A stretch of DNA of 64,000 nt from Parcubacteria group bacterium Gr01-1014_8 (GTDB lineage: Bacteria; Patescibacteriota; Minisyncoccia; Phycocordibacterales; UBA2100): positions 288,001-352,000 of the forward strand of contig VMGC01000001.1 of NCBI GenBank assembly GCA_007376385.1, in the 5' to 3' direction. The translations under genes and the position numbers were made by a program. Within the stretch, counting starts at the first letter, position 1; every line of letters begins with the position of its first letter. Of the stretch, positions 61,501 to 64,000 are shown in pieces. The notes under the pieces were generated by a model. That model was given only the letters and a program-made list of their open reading frames with translations, was not told the origin of the DNA and made no database searches.

Positions 61501-64000
61501 GACTGATCTAGCAACGTCGTCGCTTGCGGTAAATTTCTCCGACCTCATTGGTTCAGCGACAGATGCACAGGTTACGAATGCGCTCACAATTTCCGGCGGC
61601 GTGATTTCGGGGACGAACACGGTGTCGGGTACGTGGAATACGACAAACACGCTTACCATCGGGAACGGCGGCGACCGCATCGACGTCAATTCGAGCGGAT
61701 GGGATGTGACGGACAGCGTGATTTCAGGCGCAACCTATCAAGGCAACACGATTGGCACCACCTACGGAGGCACAAATGCGACAGGTTTCAGCAGCCATGC
61801 GCTTCTTGCATTTAACGGTACGAGCATCGTCGCAACGTCTACTATCGGCTTTCAGTCATTTAATGCGACATCAACCACTGCGACGTCGACCATTGCTGGC
61901 GGCCTTGCAGTCGAGACCTCCGGCCTCGTGTACGACTACTCGACCAACCGCGTCGGCATTGGGACGGCGAGCCCTTCCAACAAATTACATATTGCATCAT
62001 CCGCGAATGACTCAACGCTTTTCATACAGCAAACGTCTGGCACACAGCGAGCTGATATCCGGATCGACAACGACGGCGGCTATATGCTTATCGGCCGCGA
62101 AAACAGTGCTGGCGGATCACTTGCGGTCGGTTCGACCGGCTATTTTGGCGTCATGAATGTCAACAATGCCTACGGTCTGCAATTTGGTACCAACAACACC
62201 GTCCGAGCGACGATCGACTCCTCCGGCAACGTCGGCATCGGGACGACGAGTCCAGCGACTTCGCTTTCAGTATCGGGAAGCGGGTACCTCACTGGCGCGC
62301 TTGGCGTAGGCGCGGTCGCGACGGGCTTCACCAACCTTCTCGTCAATGACAACTCAAACACTGCGCACAATAACGATGAGGGTATTGTTGTGAAAAATAC
62401 AAACACTGGCAGTTCTGCCGGCGCTAGCATCAATCTTCGAAACGACGGCACATATCATGGATTCATGCAGATGAATTCTGGGGCAAACACATCATTGGCG
62501 GGAGCAAATAGTTTCAACATCGGTGCTGAGCACAACATTAATTTCGGATTCATCACCAATGATGCGCTTCAGATGACATTGAATACCACCGGTCTCGGCA
62601 TCGGGAACACCTCCCCCTCCTACAAACTCGATGTCGCGGGGTTCATCAACACCGACCAATTCTCCGGCTACAAGCAGGCGGGGAATACTATACTGTATGC
62701 GTCGAGCACGAATGCCACGGTATTTGGTGGACAAGGCGCAGGAAGCGCGATGCAAACGTCTGGAACCGGTGCGTACAACACCGCGTTTGGGTACGGTGCC
62801 CTTACTACAGCGACATCGTCTAGTAGAAGCACTGCAATTGGATTTAATGCACTCGCCAACCAAGCGAACAGTAACGGCAACGACGCACGCAACACGGCCG
62901 TCGGTTCCGACTCTTTGGCGGCAACTACGTACGGCTACTACAACGTCGGCGTCGGCGCCTCGGCGCTCACCGCCAACACGACAGGCGCTTTCAACGTGGC
63001 ACTTGGTGTCGGGGCTTTGCAGACGGCAACATCCACGAACAACGTGACTGCCATCGGCTACAACGCGCTCGGCGCTATGATTTGTTGCGGCCCGGCAGGG
63101 ACGACGCCGGCAAATGTCGTGGTAGGCCACCAAGTCGCTCGTCAAGCGACGACTGCCTACGGTATTACAGGAATCGGGTATGGCGCCTTGGATTCGCTCA
63201 CGACCGGACACGACATCGTGGCACTTGGATCGCAGGCAGGGCATATGGTCACGACTGGCACTAACAGTATATTCCTTGGCGATCTCTCCGGCTTCAAAGA
63301 CAGTGCCGGTGCGAACACCGCCATCACGGGCGACAACAATATCATCATCGGCAATAACCAGCTCATGATCCCGAACGCCGCCGGCTCCAATCAACTCAAC
63401 ATCGGCAACCTCATCTTCGGCACCAGCCTCTCAACCGGCGCGACAGTTTCGACCGGCAACGTCGGCATTGGGACGACGAGCCCACGTTCGATTCTCCACG
63501 CTGTGGCCGGTGCTTCGGGAGTTTTGCCCAACGCAGGCACGACCTTCACTATGGAGAGCAACACGGCCAACTACTTGAGCATGCTCACAGCGAGCAACGC
63601 CGCAAACGGAATTCTCTTTGGTACGCCGACGAGCGCAATCGATGCCGGCATTCTCTACAACAGCAACGGTTCGGCACGAGATTTGCAGTTCCGCACCGGC
63701 GTCAACAACACGCGGATGACGATTGATTCTACCGGCAACGTCGGCATCGGGACGACGACGCCGTTTCGCAAACTTTCTATCACGGATGCAGTATCGACCG
63801 CACAGCAAGCGATCGCGTACGACTCGACGCGCTGGACTGACCTCCTTACAGACTCTGTTGGGGATCTCACCATCAATCCGCAAGGCGACGATGTGTTCTT
63901 GAATGCGGACAATCTTTGGGTGTGTACCGGCGGCTCGTGTCCGAGCGGGACGCCAGCAGGGACGGGTAATTTGATCGTTGAAACGAAATTGGGCGTGGCC
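52598..64000 (+). CDS. giant (more than 3,800 aa, 3'-truncated by window end) membrane-anchored repeat surface protein; tail-fibre-like/beta-helical Gly-Thr-Ser-rich repeats with Cys-loop modules
   Basis: The frame phased to the ATG at 52598 was hand-translated from there to about 60,700 with no stop. No track ORF on the + strand in 52598-64000 uses this frame, as expected if it never terminates inside the window. It begins MSDEIFFDGVRYISAQEAATSLGFSRDYIARLARIGKVKGRQIGKNWYVEF (HTH_17-like), then a TM helix LTALITAFVLTFGAYAFV. Recurring modules then follow: GGTGxS...YG(Q/K)LLxGN, TFANGxxLSxGCxxxxxGxCLxS, IEDLNDVAAMTENYGDLLYWNGSxWxDLATSSLGI, ...KMRITGAGNVGIGTTTP..., and Hep_Hag-like 7/14-residue repeats (NTAVGSQAL..NTAVGSDAL..NSAFGQGAL). 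All long minus-strand ORFs here are shadow ORFs. Confidence 0.75.
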   Translation, partial: MSDEIFFDGVRYISAQEAATSLGFSRDYIARLARIGKVKGRQIGKNWYVEFRSVQTFVLEQEYLQGKRRKELAEKRVFEYRKQVGSTDERSSDIVAPVIFADAVSVSAKQNKRHAAIKAMLARAMSRRADLKVLAHANRVHTPSFFSVTPAVEFLHKLTALITAFVLTFGAYAFVNADYAHFALDSIRSASRSVVAVPKLVWGGDAARWGSDTGAQLAAVALQTAQSANQAESSITSFMSSAARNFNLHVNDLLYGVIYPNIPGMGSFAFSSARGRVDIQIVPYRSDAPAARSAPAPLIRTAVSAPTTVINQPIVERIRETKSVVTLGGISEELLASKLLELDTKLSSRMLSLTSSNATSITQVYNTVGQMGRIEHLDDLDLTNPTITRGTLTNVRISSLSAPLTISDGGTGTSSAPTYGKVLLGNSSGAYDLVATSSLGVGGTPGGSSTQVQFNDSGAFGADSTFTFNSTSNLLSFSSASSSLQSIFDRLYVGGTATTTIFGSATSTFGAGIETTALNVTSNSASSTFANGISLSAGCFRDASGACLQSATFAYLFPSDATTTKLTFSGGLISLASTTIGNGTQAGGLTISGGATTTGNLLVQGNATTTNLAVSGTASSSALVASNSFTFSNITGFLKATAGVVATAAINLASDITGILPAGNGGTGWGNIAANTIVLGNGTGAIATTSAGTNGQMLALVSGVPTWTATTTFSAPLVFFAGNVSIAASNGSTDGYLTSADWTLFNNKVSSSSLSTFTAAFKDWNITTNTFGQSSLAPTTTQNIAVTGVGTSTFAGGLEAWRQIGAPYFNATSSSATSTFAGGLNVLAINQTGSATSTFANGLQLSNGCIRLPSGSCLASVANSSIDDLSDVTITAAAYGDLLMHNGTAWVDTATSSLGIFISDTVGTLAVGRGGTGLSSTPTYGQLLVGNASSGYTLSATSTLGIALSDTIGTLAATRGGTGLSSITNNQLLLGGAGNTVTQIATSSLNLLTTDIIEGSRLFYTDNRVDTYIHGSTTIPKTYTANTFTGANTFNSTFTLGTLNGPLHANAGVVGATTSVLAIYGGTGQTSYSTGDILYASGAAALSKLGIGGAGEVLKISGGVPTWGTDLTSGGGADGTWSTTTSQVSGTLINYPNNASDIVAIGSTATTSAEYWFDPNTTIAYLSGKVGISTTSPYSKLTLWGSASLFEAVNTSSTTIFSIGQSGATTTNLGISGIASSLLKTTSTGGVVAAIPDTDYLNTASSIELLGDVAAMTENYGDLLYWNGSAWADLATSSLGIAISDTTGTLAVARGGTGQTTFSSSQLLYGNGTNALSSVATSSLSAGTGVTFSGTAGSLVGGTALTINTPWTISGNNIYNNNIANAAIGTSTPYATTTIWGNTASKIFEVVANASSTVFSVAQSGATTTNLGITGVTNSLLKTTSTGGVVAAVAGTDYATLSQTFGKAWEIDGNGFTGFLAPTTTQKVWIGQASSTLLSVNGPAYFGSTATSSFSTAGVLTLATDLAVTEGGTGASTLTGLLQGNGTSAFTAITDSSTVGQILRVTGASTYAWGALNLADTDAITGTLPISNGGTNNTTYSTNALLYFDGTSITATSTRPLYVGAINATTTATSTFAGGISVLNFAQTGTATSTLANGLTLTGGCVMVNGNCISPVGNSSIEDLNDVAAMTENYGDLLGWNGSTWTDFATTSLFTGSNGQMLAYANGGWTGVATTTAGTGLTYTGSAFNVDLGTSISAAEIADGDHGDFTYTSGVAAIDANAVTLGTDTTGNYVATLADSGGGTLTISNSGSETAAVTASLNLGNANIWTGKQNFFGSASSTLFSANWLKVGQTASTTFDSAGNATIGGTLNVTGQTTLATSLTGLLKATAGVVSSATEGTDYLSNALRDWSVQGNGYLAPTTTRGIIVVASSTIGAGGQATGLTISGGATTTGNAYFAGNVGVGTAAPSQKLQVVNGAIDINTDDQFLYFGSGDAGIRESGANLKFETYTGAALTEKMRITGAGNVGIGTTTPATLLSIAGTSGLFASTTATSTFQGGGINLLTAAGNTGCFAVNGTCLSNTASGIVGSGTTGQFPYYAANGTTLTATSTLFVSTASNVGIGATSPAAKLDVEGSGAVLTDIMVGNSQANANFGISAAGVPHLWTNNASWPLVLGVGGAEKMRVHTDGNVGIGAGATGPGALLTVDSGAASLTDILVGNSQANANFGISAAGVAHLWSNNSSWPLAFGIGAAENMRIHTNGNVGLGNTSPSYKLDVAGFINTDQFSGYKQNGTTILYSSSTLATMFGGYQAGNGQVQSGTGLYNTAFGYQALLSATSSSRSTAVGFSALASQANANGNDARNTAVGSQALGGTTYGYYNTAVGSDALAANTTGYFNSAFGQGALTGNTTGRDNIAIGYNSVSQSTAALENIGIGNSSLSGASLTGADNIAIGRQAGSAMSSGSYNILIGQYLYNSGTVFTGSNNIIIGRDIGSTASPLVSTTTSNALNIGNLIFATSLGTADTLSTGNVGIGTAAPNYQLSNNSASNNLDSGSTGLSTASSFNWANNGSGYGAGLYNASANSDANGLLVKIRGTASTNKILSLDTGTTQAGAGTNVLTVLGSGNVGIGTTSPRSALYFQANSSDPSLTSWTGIGTMRASTGVELAMGADDTTPFGAWLQTKDSTNGGTSYPLLLNPLGGNVGIGTTTPQTALHVNGILAATPSYGFYWYNGATFKGALKHNSSNDNLEIYTASDGSTPRLTVQSSSGNVGIGTTSPVSILAVAGANPVLTLNQTSSGNVSGLKITNGVNTLGTFTVAIDTGEVRIGGTSSGGYYDTFYADGSERMRITAAGNVGIGTTTPQWLLNPTSASASQLALSAGAGIAQWTFRNAGGNLYLSTTTVAGTATTSISALEIAGGGLGTTTVRGLNISAGATSTSNVGFSLTSGCFATPAGCISGVGDSSIEALNDVAAMTKNFGDLLYWNGTTWTDLATSSLAVNFSDLIGSATDAQVTNALTISGGVISGTNTVSGTWNTTNTLTIGNGGDRIDVNSSGWDVTDSVISGATYQGNTIGTTYGGTNATGFSSHALLAFNGTSIVATSTIGFQSFNATSTTATSTIAGGLAVETSGLVYDYSTNRVGIGTASPSNKLHIASSANDSTLFIQQTSGTQRADIRIDNDGGYMLIGRENSAGGSLAVGSTGYFGVMNVNNAYGLQFGTNNTVRATIDSSGNVGIGTTSPATSLSVSGSGYLTGALGVGAVATGFTNLLVNDNSNTAHNNDEGIVVKNTNTGSSAGASINLRNDGTYHGFMQMNSGANTSLAGANSFNIGAEHNINFGFITNDALQMTLNTTGLGIGNTSPSYKLDVAGFINTDQFSGYKQAGNTILYASSTNATVFGGQGAGSAMQTSGTGAYNTAFGYGALTTATSSSRSTAIGFNALANQANSNGNDARNTAVGSDSLAATTYGYYNVGVGASALTANTTGAFNVALGVGALQTATSTNNVTAIGYNALGAMICCGPAGTTPANVVVGHQVARQATTAYGITGIGYGALDSLTTGHDIVALGSQAGHMVTTGTNSIFLGDLSGFKDSAGANTAITGDNNIIIGNNQLMIPNAAGSNQLNIGNLIFGTSLSTGATVSTGNVGIGTTSPRSILHAVAGASGVLPNAGTTFTMESNTANYLSMLTASNAANGILFGTPTSAIDAGILYNSNGSARDLQFRTGVNNTRMTIDSTGNVGIGTTTPFRKLSITDAVSTAQQAIAYDSTRWTDLLTDSVGDLTINPQGDDVFLNADNLWVCTGGSCPSGTPAGTGNLIVETKLGVA

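Noticed and set aside
53530-63912. Numerous long minus-strand ORFs (for example 53530-54795 421 aa, 58831-59343, 61051-61689 212 aa, 62492-63394 300 aa) and short plus-strand ORFs in other frames
   Set aside because: They lie antisense to, or out of frame within, the continuous giant ORF at 52598 onward. Their translations are low-complexity Pro/Ala/Val-rich mirror images of the Gly/Thr/Ser repeats. They are shadow ORFs of a GC- and repeat-rich gene.
1-64000. Search for tRNA, rRNA and CRISPR arrays
   Set aside because: I found no GGTTCGAAT-type T-loop with a matching acceptor stem in intergenic regions, no rRNA-like conserved blocks, and no regularly spaced direct repeats. tRNAs with atypical loops could still be missed by eye.

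Overview
The window looks like a compact bacterial genome segment, plausibly from a Candidate Phyla Radiation (Patescibacteria)-like organism. The reasons are tightly packed genes with many 4-nt ATGA start/stop overlaps, no obvious Shine-Dalgarno sequences, a stand-alone GIY-YIG mini-protein, and a giant repeat-rich surface protein. I found no rRNA, tRNA or CRISPR array.

Positions 1-44614 form one large cell-surface glycan and glycosylation island:
- a dTDP-6-deoxyhexose module (rmlC partial, FdtA-like isomerase, FdtB-like aminotransferase, rmlB, rmlA);
- two GT4 glycosyltransferases and an MsbA/PglK-type ABC exporter;
- two separate nonulosonic-acid modules. One is a near-complete pseudaminic-acid-type set (PseB, PseC, PseH-like GNAT, PseI, cytidylyltransferase). 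The other has a NeuB synthase unusually fused to an N-terminal UDP-galactopyranose-mutase-like flavoprotein, plus an SDR, a Gfo/Idh/MocA oxidoreductase and a cytidylyltransferase;
- two paralogous KpsC/KpsS-like putative ulosonic-acid transferases;
- a His-variant DegT-family (E1/ColD-like) 3-dehydrase with a reductase/epimerase, a truncated UDP-sugar dehydrogenase, and a nucleotidyltransferase-cupin fusion;
- duplicated GtrA/GtrB-like polyprenyl-phosphate-sugar modules with GT-C membrane transferases;
- an AsnB-like amidotransferase, several methyltransferases, and a Wzy_C (O-antigen-ligase/PglL-like) membrane protein with a C-terminal TPR domain.

Downstream lie secA and gatB, flanked by unusually long structured intergenic regions. 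These contain two copies of a ~95-nt element with 12-bp terminal inverted repeats, other shared short motifs, and a 17-codon poly-lysine micro-ORF just upstream of secA. A REP-associated (RayT/IS200-like) Y1 transposase gene follows.

The window ends with a two-gene unit. A 317-aa membrane protein carries two HTH_17/excisionase-like motifs. After it, a giant ORF of more than 3,800 codons runs off the window end and is absent from the supplied ORF track because it has no stop. It shares the same N-terminal motif, has a TM anchor, and then kilobases of Gly/Thr/Ser-rich tail-fibre-like and beta-helix-like repeats with recurring Cys-loop modules.
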